A stretch of DNA of 64,000 nt from IMG/VR virus record IMGVR_UViG_3300032397_000001; one strand, 5' to 3'. The position numbers were made by a program, and so were the translations under genes. The DNA comes from a virus. The notes beneath the pieces are model-generated. The model saw nothing but the letters and a program-made list of their open reading frames with translations. It made no database searches and was not told where the DNA came from. Positions 1 through 9,629 of this stretch are shown here, in pieces. Each line of letters begins with the position of its first letter. Position 1 is the first letter of the stretch.

Positions 1-95
1 TTTCTGGTGTGATTGGTGAATCTACTGCGACTGTGAAGAAGATTCTGAAGGCTCAGTGTTCTGATGAGCGACTTGAAGATCGAGTTCGCAAGTGA
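1..95 (+). CDS. 3' end of a hypothetical protein (partial, truncated by window)
   Basis: Frame 3 open from the window start (SGVIGESTATVKKILKAQCSDERLEDRVRK) to TGA 93-95, overlapping the next GTG start (GTGA). Confidence 0.6.
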   Translation, partial: SGVIGESTATVKKILKAQCSDERLEDRVRK

Positions 96-586
96 ATAAT
101 ATATTGTTAGTTGTTTCTCTTATTTTTAACGTTGTATTGCTGCTTGCTATGGGTATTTTGTATGGGAGTTTGCGTAAGCGTAAAAGAGAATCAATGTCTT
201 GCATTAAATGTACTGAACCACAACAAGGGCATCGTCCTTTAATAGATGATACTGTATTCTATACATTAGTGCAAATGTTTTATTCAACATTATTAAATGG
301 TGCAACTGTTGAAGATTTACAGAAAGCGTCAATACTAGCACGTCTCAAGTATGAGATAAAATATTATCATACGTCTGAACTTGATCAATGTGTTCTTGTA
401 GAGACGAGATATAATATGGACCAACAATTCAAAACAATTGTTGATGGAGTCTTGCGATTACTTGACAATGCTAGTTCTACGCCTTCGGAATTACGTTGTG
501 CATTGTCTATGGCTGCGAATGAGTTTGAACAACATAGAGTAATGAGAATCATTGTTGATAAGAATGGAGAAATAAAAAGTGCATGA
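92..586 (+). CDS. Hypothetical protein with N-terminal transmembrane segment and duplicated helical domain
   Basis: Hydrophobic aa 4-25; two similar ~35-aa units (FYTLVQ...T.EDLQKA..LA..KYE / FKTIVD...TPSELRCA..MA..EFE). Confidence 0.6.
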   Translation: MNNILLVVSLIFNVVLLLAMGILYGSLRKRKRESMSCIKCTEPQQGHRPLIDDTVFYTLVQMFYSTLLNGATVEDLQKASILARLKYEIKYYHTSELDQCVLVETRYNMDQQFKTIVDGVLRLLDNASSTPSELRCALSMAANEFEQHRVMRIIVDKNGEIKSA

Positions 587-857
587 AAAAAAGATTTTTT
601 GGAGCCCATGGGACCTGATAGATTATGATCCCTCAAATATTGAACAGATTCAATCACAGTTTAAGTTTGAGTTAGTCATCGAGGGAGCTGGAGCTTATAC
701 TGTGGCAAGGTCGCGGCTCCCACTAGGGTATTTCCTTCCGTTTAGATATCTTGATTGTGCCTTTTATGACAAATGCCTTCTGTTTGCTGAGGCTAATGGA
801 TGGGAAACCTTTTTCTGTCCTGTCAAATGTATTCAATGTGAATTGAAAAAGAAATGA
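579..857 (+). CDS. Hypothetical protein
   Basis: 92-aa ORF overlapping both neighbours; no motif recognised. Confidence 0.55.
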   Translation: MHEKKIFWSPWDLIDYDPSNIEQIQSQFKFELVIEGAGAYTVARSRLPLGYFLPFRYLDCAFYDKCLLFAEANGWETFFCPVKCIQCELKKK

Positions 858-1681
858 ATTGTATTGTTGAAAGCTGTGAGCTTTGTGGTGGCTTTTGTTG
901 TAGAGCTATCACTTTAGATATGGGTATTCGAGCTCCTCAATGCTTCAAGAAGATTAATGGTCTTCAAGCGTTGGGGAAGAATCCTTTCTTGCCTTTACAT
1001 GAACTAGTTTACCTTTCGAAAGATGTTCCAGTTGAATTTTATAGTTGTGATAAACTGAAGGATGGTTTATGCTCTTGTTATGATAATAGAATGGAGATGT
1101 GTAAACGATATCCTGTTTATCAGGGAATGGATCAATTGCTGCATTTCGTTTTCGTTGTTCCTTGGTGTCATTATAGAATGTATCGACTCATTTTAGAGAA
1201 TGAAGATTATGAATTCAAGACTTTACAAGAATGCTTAGATTTCTATAGTGATCCCAGTGAAGAGAGATGGTTTTCTGGAATAAGTCCTTTAGATTGCTAT
1301 AGGTTCAATAGTTTATATAAGCAGGTAAATCATTTTCCTTTAATCACCCCTAGTTCTGTTAATGATTGGTTTCTTCAGGAAGTTTTTAATGGGTATCTGG
1401 TTCACTTTATATATAGGTTTAAGCGGGCAACAATCAAATTGAGTTCTGCTAGAAATTCGTTTCACAAGGCATCGCTATTATGTTATAAGTATGGCCTCTC
1501 TCCTGAAGCCTTTTGGAATATAGCTAGTCTATATGGGCAGGTTAACAGAGTTCCTGGGCAGTTTCCTTTTCCTACTTATATAGCAGGAGAAGCATTTGAG
1601 GAATTCGTTATCAGTAGGTTAGATAAGCTTAGAGATAGGGAGACTTTGAAACATGGCAAGACTGACGAGGGAATATTATAA
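854..1681 (+). CDS. YkgJ-like (CxxCxxCC) cysteine-cluster protein fused to an unknown C-terminal domain
   Basis: CELCGGFCC, then C..L.DGLCSCYDNR..MCKRYP, the YkgJ/FliB-type pattern. Confidence 0.7.
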   Translation: MNCIVESCELCGGFCCRAITLDMGIRAPQCFKKINGLQALGKNPFLPLHELVYLSKDVPVEFYSCDKLKDGLCSCYDNRMEMCKRYPVYQGMDQLLHFVFVVPWCHYRMYRLILENEDYEFKTLQECLDFYSDPSEERWFSGISPLDCYRFNSLYKQVNHFPLITPSSVNDWFLQEVFNGYLVHFIYRFKRATIKLSSARNSFHKASLLCYKYGLSPEAFWNIASLYGQVNRVPGQFPFPTYIAGEAFEEFVISRLDKLRDRETLKHGKTDEGIL

Positions 1682-1847
1682 TGCGATAAGAGATACGGCT
1701 CTGGGAGCTAACAAGAAATGGGTTGATGCTTTGTGTCCTAGGTGTGGTAAATGGCATAAAGCTAAAGTGTACTGGACAGGAAATACAACGCCAAAATTCT
1801 TTTGTAACTTTTGTAAGTTTATTAGAAGAGGGGTTTCTGAGTTGTGA
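1653..1847 (+). CDS. Small zinc-ribbon protein
   Basis: CPRC...FCNFC pairs. Confidence 0.6.
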   Translation: MARLTREYYNAIRDTALGANKKWVDALCPRCGKWHKAKVYWTGNTTPKFFCNFCKFIRRGVSEL

Positions 1848-2030
1848 TTTTAAACAATAGTCAAAAGAGAGCTCTTGAATATGTACGAAATACGAATGGT
1901 GGTGCATCAATAGAAAATTTCATTTGGAGAATTATGGTCTGATATCAAAGTACCTGGATGGGTAACTGTTGATAAGAACGGTAAAATTCGTCTTACTGAA
2001 GAGGGAAAAAGTCAACTTAAAAGAGGTTAA
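1844..2030 (+). pseudogene. Frameshifted small winged-helix-like protein
   Basis: GTG 1844 reads MILNNSQKRALEYVRNTNGGASIENFI; the +1 frame from 1923 reads FGELWSDIKVPGWVTVDKNGKIRLTEEGKSQLKRG* (wing motif RLTEEGK). Together they fill the gap exactly. Confidence 0.5.
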
Positions 2031-2035
2031 GTTTT

Positions 2036-2254
2036 ATGACTTTACCAAAGGAAACGATTCATACAGGTGCACCTAACAAGTGTCCAGATTGTGGTAAGAG
2101 ATTAGTAGAAGAGGTGCTTTATTCTCCTGCAGGATATTATATTGGTACACAGTGTTGTTGTGGCCCCTATAGCAGAGAGAGCTATTACTATATTTCACGA
2201 GAGACTGCTCAGAAAGACTTGGATGCGAGGACCGTTAAGTACAGAGAGTTGTAA
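2036..2254 (+). CDS. Small phage Cys-rich hypothetical protein
   Basis: CPDC...SPAGYYIGTQCCCGPYSRESYY pattern typical of a small phage family; GAGG RBS. Confidence 0.65.
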   Translation: MTLPKETIHTGAPNKCPDCGKRLVEEVLYSPAGYYIGTQCCCGPYSRESYYYISRETAQKDLDARTVKYREL

Positions 2255-2303
2255 TAGATGGAGAGTTGTCGAAGATTTTCTTGATTGATGATCCTCCACG
2301 AGG

Positions 2304-2858
2304 ATGAAGATGCCAAGAATCTTGTGGGAAGAATATTTCCTTCTGCTAGCAAAGGTGGCTGCTCTTAGGAGTGGTTGTAACTCTCGTCCTAATGGCGCGA
2401 TTATAGTTAAGAATAAACGCATTTTAACGACAGGTTATAATGGCCCAATTCCTGGTCGATGGCATTGTACTGATCAAGGTTACGGATATTGTTATCGTAG
2501 GAGTCTTGGCATCCCTGATATTGATAAGTACAATTTCTGTCCTGCAATTCATGCCGAAGCTAATGCACTTAATCAAGCAGCTAGATTTGGAATTTCTGTA
2601 GATGGATCTGAGGTTTATTGTACTCTTGCCCCGTGTTATCCCTGTCTAAAGGATTTGGTTGCAGCAGGAATTAAGCGTGTGTATTTCGAGTCTGTATATG
2701 AAAGCAAAAATTTAGAGCGTGACACATTGTGGAATAAAGCATTGAAGGAATCAGGTGTTGAATGGAATCAGATTTCATTGTCTGAGGAAACTATTGAGCT
2801 TGCCTCTTCTTGGATGCATTCAATCACTTCGGTACGTAGATTAGCTCCTACGGATTAA
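2304..2858 (+). CDS. dCMP deaminase
   Basis: RSGC, TGYNG, HAEANA and PCYPC zinc-deaminase motifs. Confidence 0.93.
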   Translation: MKMPRILWEEYFLLLAKVAALRSGCNSRPNGAIIVKNKRILTTGYNGPIPGRWHCTDQGYGYCYRRSLGIPDIDKYNFCPAIHAEANALNQAARFGISVDGSEVYCTLAPCYPCLKDLVAAGIKRVYFESVYESKNLERDTLWNKALKESGVEWNQISLSEETIELASSWMHSITSVRRLAPTD

Positions 2859-2862
2859 GTTT

Positions 2863-3183
2863 ATGGATGACACTGAATATTATCATTGGTTTCATTATAT
2901 TGTTACTTCAGGAATAGGTTGTGGCCTGATTCATCCTATTGAGTGGTGGTTGAATGCTTATCGTACTCCAGGTGGCACCTTGGATGATGGTTACTACCAA
3001 AAGATTGTGCAGGTAGCTTATCGTTACTTTAATGATATGTTCTCTTCTATTCATTTAAAGGATCCTGATGCTCAATCAGTTCGTGAATGGCTTGTTAGCT
3101 ATTATCAGGAAGATCACTTTTTCAAACGAAGTTTCGGTGCGATTTTGGTTGAGGCTTATGAAATGAAACATAATGGTTCCTAG
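2863..3183 (+). CDS. Hypothetical protein
   Basis: 106-aa ORF in operon context. Confidence 0.6.
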   Translation: MDDTEYYHWFHYIVTSGIGCGLIHPIEWWLNAYRTPGGTLDDGYYQKIVQVAYRYFNDMFSSIHLKDPDAQSVREWLVSYYQEDHFFKRSFGAILVEAYEMKHNGS

Positions 3184-4696
3184 CATTGACATCATCAGAT
3201 GCCTAAGGAATAAGCGTGCTTATAAATTCGTGGTTAGGTCAGGTGTGCCTATACCCGGTGAGGGGGGAGTCGCTGTGTTAGCTTCAGCGATTAAGAGAGC
3301 ATGGGATCAAGCACCTGAGTCGCTTTCTTTCTTGAGGAATGAATTAATAGAACCTTATCTACCTTCTGAATTGCAGCCTGATACAAGACAAAGTGTAGTT
3401 CAGTTAATGGATTTAACTCATGAGTTTTATGAGACAGAAAAGGCACTCCGAGTTGCATATACAGTTGTTTCAACTCGTAAGCTTTCAATTACAATTGAAA
3501 GGGTGTTTCAAGAGAATTCAGCTCCCCTTGAGATGGAGAAGAAACTTCGAACAGCTTTTGCTGAGTTGGCTCATCTTGAAGTATTAATGAGGAGATACTC
3601 TGAGGAAGATGATGTTGATAATAAGTTGTCTCTATCACCAATTATGGATGTAATGTCATTACGTTCTCCAGGAGGAGGAGGCAGAGTAAAAGCAGTAACA
3701 GGTGGAGATTTAGATATCTCTTTGGGAGGTGGCTTAGAAGAGGGGACATATACTATTTTATTAGGAAGTAAAGGAGAAGGTAAAACTTGGGTCACCTCTT
3801 GTGTAGCAGCACATAATGCAAGGATTGGGCGCAACGTTCTATTCTTCACGTTAGAGAATAGTAAATATTCAATAGCTCAACGAACATATCCATTATATTT
3901 ACAGTTCCCATTTTTTGTTGCTTCGTTCAGAAATTTTACTCAGACATTGGTAAGGACTGGGGCCACCATAATTACAAAGAATGTAGTTCAAAGAGTGGTA
4001 GACGCTGAGCTTGACGGCACAGGAGATTTACTTCTGAGAGAGTGGAAAAATATTTTCTTGAAACGCATTGAGGATTTTAATGGTCCATTACCTGTGTTAC
4101 AAGCAATGGATCTTCTTCAGGACCCTTTTTATGAATCCTTGGAGATTCTAAAAAAGTTTCGTGAAGAGCAATTATTGGGGCGTCTTGACATTCGTTTCTT
4201 TCCTGCTAACAGTTTGAAGATATCAGATATTGAACGTGAGATTGAAACTTCAGATGTTCATTATAGTTTGATTATTGTTGATTACTTAAATGCAGTTATG
4301 GTGCCTCCAGAGACACCTCGCCATGAATTTTTAGGGTGGTTTGCTAACGAGATTCGAAGATTATCTTCTGAGACTAGATGTGCAAGTTGGATAAACGCCC
4401 AATTGAAGAGGGGATTCAAGTTATATTCAAAAACTATTTCAAAAGGGGGAAGTGGTATAGATGAGGAAGCTTTTTATGAATTTGTAGCTGAATCATTTGC
4501 TGCTGTTTGGGGTGCTGATTATGTCGTTGTTTTGTTAATGAATCCTATCGTTCACAAACATGTGCAGACGGGGTATGTTCAACATGAACGTGCTTTACTA
4601 TTGAATAGAGCACGAGAAGTTATCTGTGGTGATTGGTTTTCGTTTAACGTAGACTTTAAGAAAGGTGTTTATGATATAAGGAAGTTGACAATATGA
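3173..4696 (+). CDS. DnaB-like (SF4) replicative helicase
   Basis: Walker A GSKGEGKT, FFTLEN, Walker B IIVDYLN, NAQL, AES...ADYV; upstream of primase. Confidence 0.85.
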   Translation: MVPSIDIIRCLRNKRAYKFVVRSGVPIPGEGGVAVLASAIKRAWDQAPESLSFLRNELIEPYLPSELQPDTRQSVVQLMDLTHEFYETEKALRVAYTVVSTRKLSITIERVFQENSAPLEMEKKLRTAFAELAHLEVLMRRYSEEDDVDNKLSLSPIMDVMSLRSPGGGGRVKAVTGGDLDISLGGGLEEGTYTILLGSKGEGKTWVTSCVAAHNARIGRNVLFFTLENSKYSIAQRTYPLYLQFPFFVASFRNFTQTLVRTGATIITKNVVQRVVDAELDGTGDLLLREWKNIFLKRIEDFNGPLPVLQAMDLLQDPFYESLEILKKFREEQLLGRLDIRFFPANSLKISDIEREIETSDVHYSLIIVDYLNAVMVPPETPRHEFLGWFANEIRRLSSETRCASWINAQLKRGFKLYSKTISKGGSGIDEEAFYEFVAESFAAVWGADYVVVLLMNPIVHKHVQTGYVQHERALLLNRAREVICGDWFSFNVDFKKGVYDIRKLTI

Positions 4697-4902
4697 AAAT
4701 AGTTACACTGTCTTGTATCGCGGGTATTGCTGGCGTTGTTGATAAGAATGGAAATTTATTTACTGAAGAGTGTGATTGTGGGATGTCTTACTGCAAGGGT
4801 TGGGTAGTACGACCACACCCTAATATCGAAGAGTTGAAAAAGGTTTTACCACATTTGAGTAAGGCTGTGCCTGATGTGATAGAGGACATTTTCAAAAAGT
4901 GA
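4693..4902 (+). CDS. Small hypothetical protein (CxCxxxxCxGW)
   Basis: CDCGMSYCKGW; ATGA/GTGA overlaps on both sides. Confidence 0.55.
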   Translation: MKIVTLSCIAGIAGVVDKNGNLFTEECDCGMSYCKGWVVRPHPNIEELKKVLPHLSKAVPDVIEDIFKK

Positions 4903-5732
4903 GTAGATTTACAACTCTATATGATTTTCCTCCTGATGTCGACTTTGTAAGGGCGAATGGTGTGCCTGTACCTGGTCGTGCTGATGAGTATAGGTTTAAT
5001 TGTCCTCACTGTGGTATGACTGATGGAAAATTATATGTTAATATTAAGAAGAAAAGGTATCAGTGTTATAGGGGGTGTGTTCGAGGTGGCTTTGGGAGTA
5101 TTGCTGTGATACCAAACACTCTTCAGATTGAGCAAATTCAATTGAAGAAAGAGAAAACAAAGGCTGTGTACTCTTTGTTTTCATTAGAACAGGAAACTTT
5201 TGAGTCTTCTATAGTTAAAGCTTATTTAAAAAGTAGAGGTATTGCTGATAATATCATTCGATCATTCAGGTTGCAAGGGGCTTTTATTTTTGGATGTTTT
5301 GCTGTTGCCTTTCCTGTTGTGACTCCCTTGATAACATATGAGGATATTGGATTTAGGTTAATCAATCATCAAGTGCTGAGGTATTATACTGCTTTCCCAA
5401 AAAAGATTTATGGGCATCCAAGTACTTTAACTGCGAAGGAATTGTTCCTTATGGAAGGACCCTTTGATGTATTGTGTTCGATACCTTTCAAAGCAATCGC
5501 CACTTTTGGTAAATCACCTACGGATGAACAGTTATCTTTTCTATCCAACTTTGTTTGTGCAAGTTTCAATATTTGTTTGGATGGATCTGTTGATGAGGGA
5601 AAGAAAATTACTTATGCGATGAAGGTGAGAATGATTACTGGAAGGGATGTATTTATAGTAGATTTACCGAAGGATAAGGATCCTGGTGATCTACGAGCAG
5701 AAGTGTTACAATGTCCGAAACACAAGATATGA
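4899..5732 (+). CDS. DNA primase (Zn finger + TOPRIM)
   Basis: FNCPHC...C.RGC zinc finger, YLKSRG, MEGPFD, CLDG and KDPGD TOPRIM motifs. Confidence 0.85.
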   Translation: MSRFTTLYDFPPDVDFVRANGVPVPGRADEYRFNCPHCGMTDGKLYVNIKKKRYQCYRGCVRGGFGSIAVIPNTLQIEQIQLKKEKTKAVYSLFSLEQETFESSIVKAYLKSRGIADNIIRSFRLQGAFIFGCFAVAFPVVTPLITYEDIGFRLINHQVLRYYTAFPKKIYGHPSTLTAKELFLMEGPFDVLCSIPFKAIATFGKSPTDEQLSFLSNFVCASFNICLDGSVDEGKKITYAMKVRMITGRDVFIVDLPKDKDPGDLRAEVLQCPKHKI

Positions 5733-5971
5733 GATGTGGTCATGATTGGAAACCAATTGAGGGTTGGGTAGGTCGCTATAGGTGTTCTTGGTGTAATATA
5801 ATTGGTTATCGTAAAATTATTATACCGCGATCAGTATTACGTGATAGTAAGGATGATCCTGGAGGGATTATCCCATATAAATGTGGTCATCCTAAGTGTA
5901 AACATTATGCTCATCGTTCTATTAGAAGAGGAGAATTCCGTTGTCTCAGTCATTCGAAAAAGACAACTTAA
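5711..5971 (+). CDS. Small Cys/His-rich hypothetical protein
   Basis: CGH...CSWC and CGHPKC...C..H. Confidence 0.55.
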   Translation: MSETQDMRCGHDWKPIEGWVGRYRCSWCNIIGYRKIIIPRSVLRDSKDDPGGIIPYKCGHPKCKHYAHRSIRRGEFRCLSHSKKTT

Positions 5972-6270
5972 TACCAAAGATTCCTTTTAATACTTGGTCT
6001 TGGGAGAGGATACACCAAGGCCGCAAATGTTGTACTTCTAGAACTAAACGGTTTATTGTTTCTGGAGTCACGAGGATTGATCATATTACGTTGGATCATG
6101 TACAATGAGAGTTTTGGAGAGAGGAAGGAGCAGACTCTCCTGAAGAGTTCGAGAAGATTTGGTGTGAAATTCATCCTATTAAGGGATTCGATCCGTTTCA
6201 GAAAGTTTATGTTCATTGGTTCACTAATCCTTATCTATGTACAGTAACACCTATTCGAGTGTTGAGGTAA
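5941..6270 (+). pseudogene. ASCH-domain protein interrupted by an in-frame TGA (6106-6108)
   Basis: TTG 5941 with GAGGAG RBS; reads KIPFNTWSWERIHQGRKCCTSRTK...LDHVQ*EFWREEGADSPEEFEKIWCEIHP...VYVHWF. GxKxxTxR and EG...EF...W...H are ASCH hallmarks. Missed by the ORF track. Confidence 0.7.
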
Positions 6271-6275
6271 CAAAA

Positions 6276-6992
6276 ATGAATGTGAAATTGGCTTTCGAGG
6301 CTCCACTAAAGAGTTTAGAGTTGTCTTCAAAGTTTGGTGACTATTTGTTTGCGATTGCTCTCTGGTTAAAGCATTCTGAGTATTCTGACTTTGTTTTAGG
6401 TCGTCCTGAAAGTATGGAATTGTATCTTGACAATGGTTGTTATGAACAGGGAGCCTCAATTGATATTAGAGAGTATGTTGGTTACATTGAAGGGTTACAA
6501 CCTGACGTCGCGGTTGTTCCAGATGTATATTTAAACTATCCTGATACAATTCGTATGGCTGGAGTTTTCTTTAAGGAACATTTACCTCAGACGACGAAGT
6601 ATATGCTTGTTCCTCAAGGTAAGACTATGAGCGAGTGGGTGTTGTGTTATCATAAATTGTTACGAATGTTTCGTCATAGATTTAGTATTGTAGGAATTCC
6701 TCGAAATATGTTTCCTCACAGGTTACAGTTAGTTCGTCATGTATACAACATTTCGAAAAAAGATATTCATATTCTGGGTTGTGTAGAGCCCAGTGAAATT
6801 GCCGGGATTTTAGCATCGAATGTACCAGTAGTATCTATAGACACTTCATGGCCAGCCCGTTATGTTTTAGGGAAATTAGGAAAAGAGGATCGCATTGATT
6901 TTGAAACCGATGAGATTGGCTTTCAAGAATTTGATGGTGCTGTGAAGGAATTCTTGAGAAGAATCACACCTGAAAGAGTAAGGGTACGTTGA
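6276..6992 (+). CDS. dpdA: DpdA-like 7-deazaguanine DNA transglycosylase (TGT fold, divergent phage type)
   Basis: LDNGCYE, VVPDV, VPQG, IHILG and SIDTS correspond to TGT-barrel motifs; queC, queD and folE2 are in the same genome. Start placed at ATG 6276 after GAGG. Confidence 0.7.
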   Translation: MNVKLAFEAPLKSLELSSKFGDYLFAIALWLKHSEYSDFVLGRPESMELYLDNGCYEQGASIDIREYVGYIEGLQPDVAVVPDVYLNYPDTIRMAGVFFKEHLPQTTKYMLVPQGKTMSEWVLCYHKLLRMFRHRFSIVGIPRNMFPHRLQLVRHVYNISKKDIHILGCVEPSEIAGILASNVPVVSIDTSWPARYVLGKLGKEDRIDFETDEIGFQEFDGAVKEFLRRITPERVRVR

Positions 6993-8260
6993 TGATCTGT
7001 GGACAAGAATTGTTAAAGGTTTTCGAGGTTACGAAGACTTTAGGAACCAACCAAAAGATTGCTCTGTTTTCACAACTTAAGAGTAATCCTATAGTATGTA
7101 ACATTTTGGTTTATGGTACTGATATTTATAGGCAGTATCATATACGTGATCTACCTCAAGTCAATTCTCCCTTTGATCATTGTCAATGGGAAACTTTATT
7201 TAAAGCATTAGATACTCTCACACAGAGTAAAGGAGCTTCCAACAAAGACAGAGAAATTTTGTCTGTGATAGCAAGTCCTTGTGAATTCTGTAGAAAGATC
7301 GTTCTTGATGTTTTACGGCATGAATTGCGTATAGGAATGGGAATTAAGAATCTTCGAGAAGCTGGATACAATATTGAATCAAGTGAGCACGTGCAACTCT
7401 GTAAAGAAGATATACTTAAGTTTCAATCCAAAGATTGTTTTCTTGCATCTGATAAACTGAATGGTTTTCGGGTTAAGTTTCATCAAGGAAATAATGGTAT
7501 TGAGTTTCTTTCGCGTAAAGGGAAGCCTTACCTAATGTTTAATCAGTTGTTTAGAAAGTATATGATTCCCTCGGGTGTAATTTTTGATGGTGAAATCATT
7601 CATAAATTAGGCAGGAAGGAAGACTTTGATTTCTTAGCTTCCGTTGCAAAAAGTGAGAAGTCAACTTATGACGATCCTCGTCAGTGTGATGTGAAGGTTG
7701 CTGTTTTTGATTGTCCTTCTCTGGGAGAGGAAAGTTTATTTTATCGTTTGAAGTTTCTTAAGGAGGAGATAAAATTACCTCAGGATGTAATGTATGTTTT
7801 ACCTCATATAGAAGTCAAGCCAACTTCAGAAAGTAACTTTGTTGAAGAAGTACTACGACTCCTTGAGGAGGCAATACCTAAGAGATATGAAGGTATTATA
7901 ATTAAGAATCCATTTGTTGAGTATGAGTTAAAGCGATCTCATAGTTGGGTTAAGGTTAAGGAAATGAAGTATTCTGATTTCCCTCTGGCTTTTGATCTTC
8001 CTGTCGTTGGGAAGATAGAGGGAAAGAGGGGTAGTAAGAATGAAGGGAGGTTGGGTTCTCTAGTAGTTGATTTTCAAGGGGTACAAGTTCGAGTGGGTTA
8101 TGGATATAGTGATCAACAGAGAATTGAGTTTTGGTCTAAGCCTCCCAAGATTATTGAAGTAAGGGCTCAACAGATTACAAAGGACGGTTCACTTCTCTTT
8201 CCCGGTTTTATGAGACCTCGTGATGACGAGAAGGATACAGGAGACTTTCAAAATGTCTGA
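6989..8260 (+). CDS. ATP-dependent DNA ligase (replicative)
   Basis: Motif I SDKLNGFR, III FDGEI, IIIa VFD, IV EGIIIK, V WVKVK, OB domain with SLLFP.F.R.R.D. Confidence 0.92.
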   Translation: MMICGQELLKVFEVTKTLGTNQKIALFSQLKSNPIVCNILVYGTDIYRQYHIRDLPQVNSPFDHCQWETLFKALDTLTQSKGASNKDREILSVIASPCEFCRKIVLDVLRHELRIGMGIKNLREAGYNIESSEHVQLCKEDILKFQSKDCFLASDKLNGFRVKFHQGNNGIEFLSRKGKPYLMFNQLFRKYMIPSGVIFDGEIIHKLGRKEDFDFLASVAKSEKSTYDDPRQCDVKVAVFDCPSLGEESLFYRLKFLKEEIKLPQDVMYVLPHIEVKPTSESNFVEEVLRLLEEAIPKRYEGIIIKNPFVEYELKRSHSWVKVKEMKYSDFPLAFDLPVVGKIEGKRGSKNEGRLGSLVVDFQGVQVRVGYGYSDQQRIEFWSKPPKIIEVRAQQITKDGSLLFPGFMRPRDDEKDTGDFQNV

Positions 8261-8591
8261 AGATCGAAGAGTTGTAATTTTCAAGTCGGTTTCAGGAGAG
8301 TTAGGAATTGGTTATCTTATTTTAGAGGGTGAGATACCACAGCGTATTGAGAAGTGTTTAGGATTGAAGTTTCCTAAACTTCCTGCTCCCCCTCTATTTG
8401 GAAGGGATCAGCAGATTGAGGTTGCTATGTATCCATTGAACCCTTTAGGTCAAGAACCTCCGACGTTTAAGATGGAGCATGTAATCTTTTATGATCAAGT
8501 TATTCCTGAGCCTGTGTATTGTAAATTTATTGAACTTGTTTCGAAAATCAAAGTTCCTGTATTGAATGTGGTAACTAAAAGAACGAACTAA
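8253..8591 (+). CDS. Hypothetical protein, possibly Sm-like fold
   Basis: VVIFKSVSGELGIG N-terminal strand pattern; AGGAG RBS before ATG 8253. Confidence 0.5.
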   Translation: MSEDRRVVIFKSVSGELGIGYLILEGEIPQRIEKCLGLKFPKLPAPPLFGRDQQIEVAMYPLNPLGQEPPTFKMEHVIFYDQVIPEPVYCKFIELVSKIKVPVLNVVTKRTN

Positions 8592-8592
8592 A

Positions 8593-8835
8593 ATGAATGA
8601 AATCGAAATCAAAGGGAAATTAACACCAGCACACATCGAGTGGATAAAAGAGAAATATTATAAACAGTATGTCGGCTGTCAAAACACGGGGTTTCCAATT
8701 ATAACTTATTCAGGGGTACTCAGTGAAGAGGTTCTTAAGAAGATTAGGTTAGAATTGGTGATTGGTTTTAAACCAGAGTCGATCGAATATTATTTGGGGC
8801 GTCCTCAGGAAATTCCAAACTTATTCAGGAGGTAA
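8593..8835 (+). CDS. Hypothetical protein
   Basis: 80-aa ORF in operon context. Confidence 0.55.
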   Translation: MNEIEIKGKLTPAHIEWIKEKYYKQYVGCQNTGFPIITYSGVLSEEVLKKIRLELVIGFKPESIEYYLGRPQEIPNLFRR

Positions 8836-8840
8836 CAGTT

Positions 8841-9578
8841 ATGGTTCCATTTACACACACAAACGTTGACATGATTGATCCTGATAACCGCAAGGTAGTG
8901 CTCTTAGCTTCAGGAGGAATAGACTCTTCCTCATTGTGTTTCTTTCTGAAGAAGCACAGTTTTAAACTGAAACTTATCACATTTGATTATGAGTCCAAAC
9001 ATAATGAGGCGGAGTATAACGCTCTTATTAGGATATGTAATTTTGGTCATATTGATATTCCTCCTCGTATTTCTCTTTCTTTTATCAACCGACTATTTGT
9101 CTCTACTCTTTTGAAGAGTGGAAGAGATACGCCTCGAGGTCATTATGAAGATGTTTCAATGAAACAAACGGTTGTGCCTGGGCGTAATAGCATTATGTTG
9201 TCTATTGCAGCAGGCTATGCTCAAAGTTTGAAGTATTCTTATGTCGCTTATGCGAATCATGCAGGCGATCATTATATTTATCCTGATACCCGTCCCGACT
9301 TCGTGGATGCAATGAATACAGCTATCTCTTTGAGTTCTGAAGGATCTGTGAGTCTTTTAGCGCCGTTCACGTATTTGACCAAAGCAGATATTGTTCAGAT
9401 TGGTGCGGAATCAGGAACGCCTCTCGAGTTGACTTGGTCCTGTTATGAAGGGCGCTGGCCTTTTAGTTGTGGGCATTGCGGAAGCTGTGTTGAAAGACAT
9501 TGGGCCTTTGGGATGGCTGGTATTCCTGACCCAACACAGTATAAGGACAATCCCGAACAATATCTGGAAGGCAAGTAA
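8841..9578 (+). CDS. queC: 7-cyano-7-deazaguanine synthase
   Basis: SGGIDS PP-loop, VVPGRN, YPDTR, TWSCY and CGHCGSCVER zinc site. Confidence 0.93.
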   Translation: MVPFTHTNVDMIDPDNRKVVLLASGGIDSSSLCFFLKKHSFKLKLITFDYESKHNEAEYNALIRICNFGHIDIPPRISLSFINRLFVSTLLKSGRDTPRGHYEDVSMKQTVVPGRNSIMLSIAAGYAQSLKYSYVAYANHAGDHYIYPDTRPDFVDAMNTAISLSSEGSVSLLAPFTYLTKADIVQIGAESGTPLELTWSCYEGRWPFSCGHCGSCVERHWAFGMAGIPDPTQYKDNPEQYLEGK

Positions 9579-9629
9579 GTCAACTACCGCTTGTCTAAAG
9601 AACAAGCGGTTTCCGAAACTGGAGATTAA

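Noticed and set aside
2255-2310. Short peptide MSKIFLIDDPPRG* resembling the start of a small phage protein if TGA were Trp
   Set aside because: Only 13 codons, and the similarity does not continue past the dCMP deaminase start.
6056-6247. ORF-track call of a 63-aa protein (and 5802..5990)
   Set aside because: Alternative-frame overlaps of the ASCH gene and of the 5711..5971 gene, which have better motifs and start contexts.
8841-9578. QueC as part of a QatABCD-type defence system or a Gat-QueC fusion
   Set aside because: Standard-length QueC without a glutaminase domain or qat neighbours; queD, folE2 and dpdA point to preQ0 synthesis.
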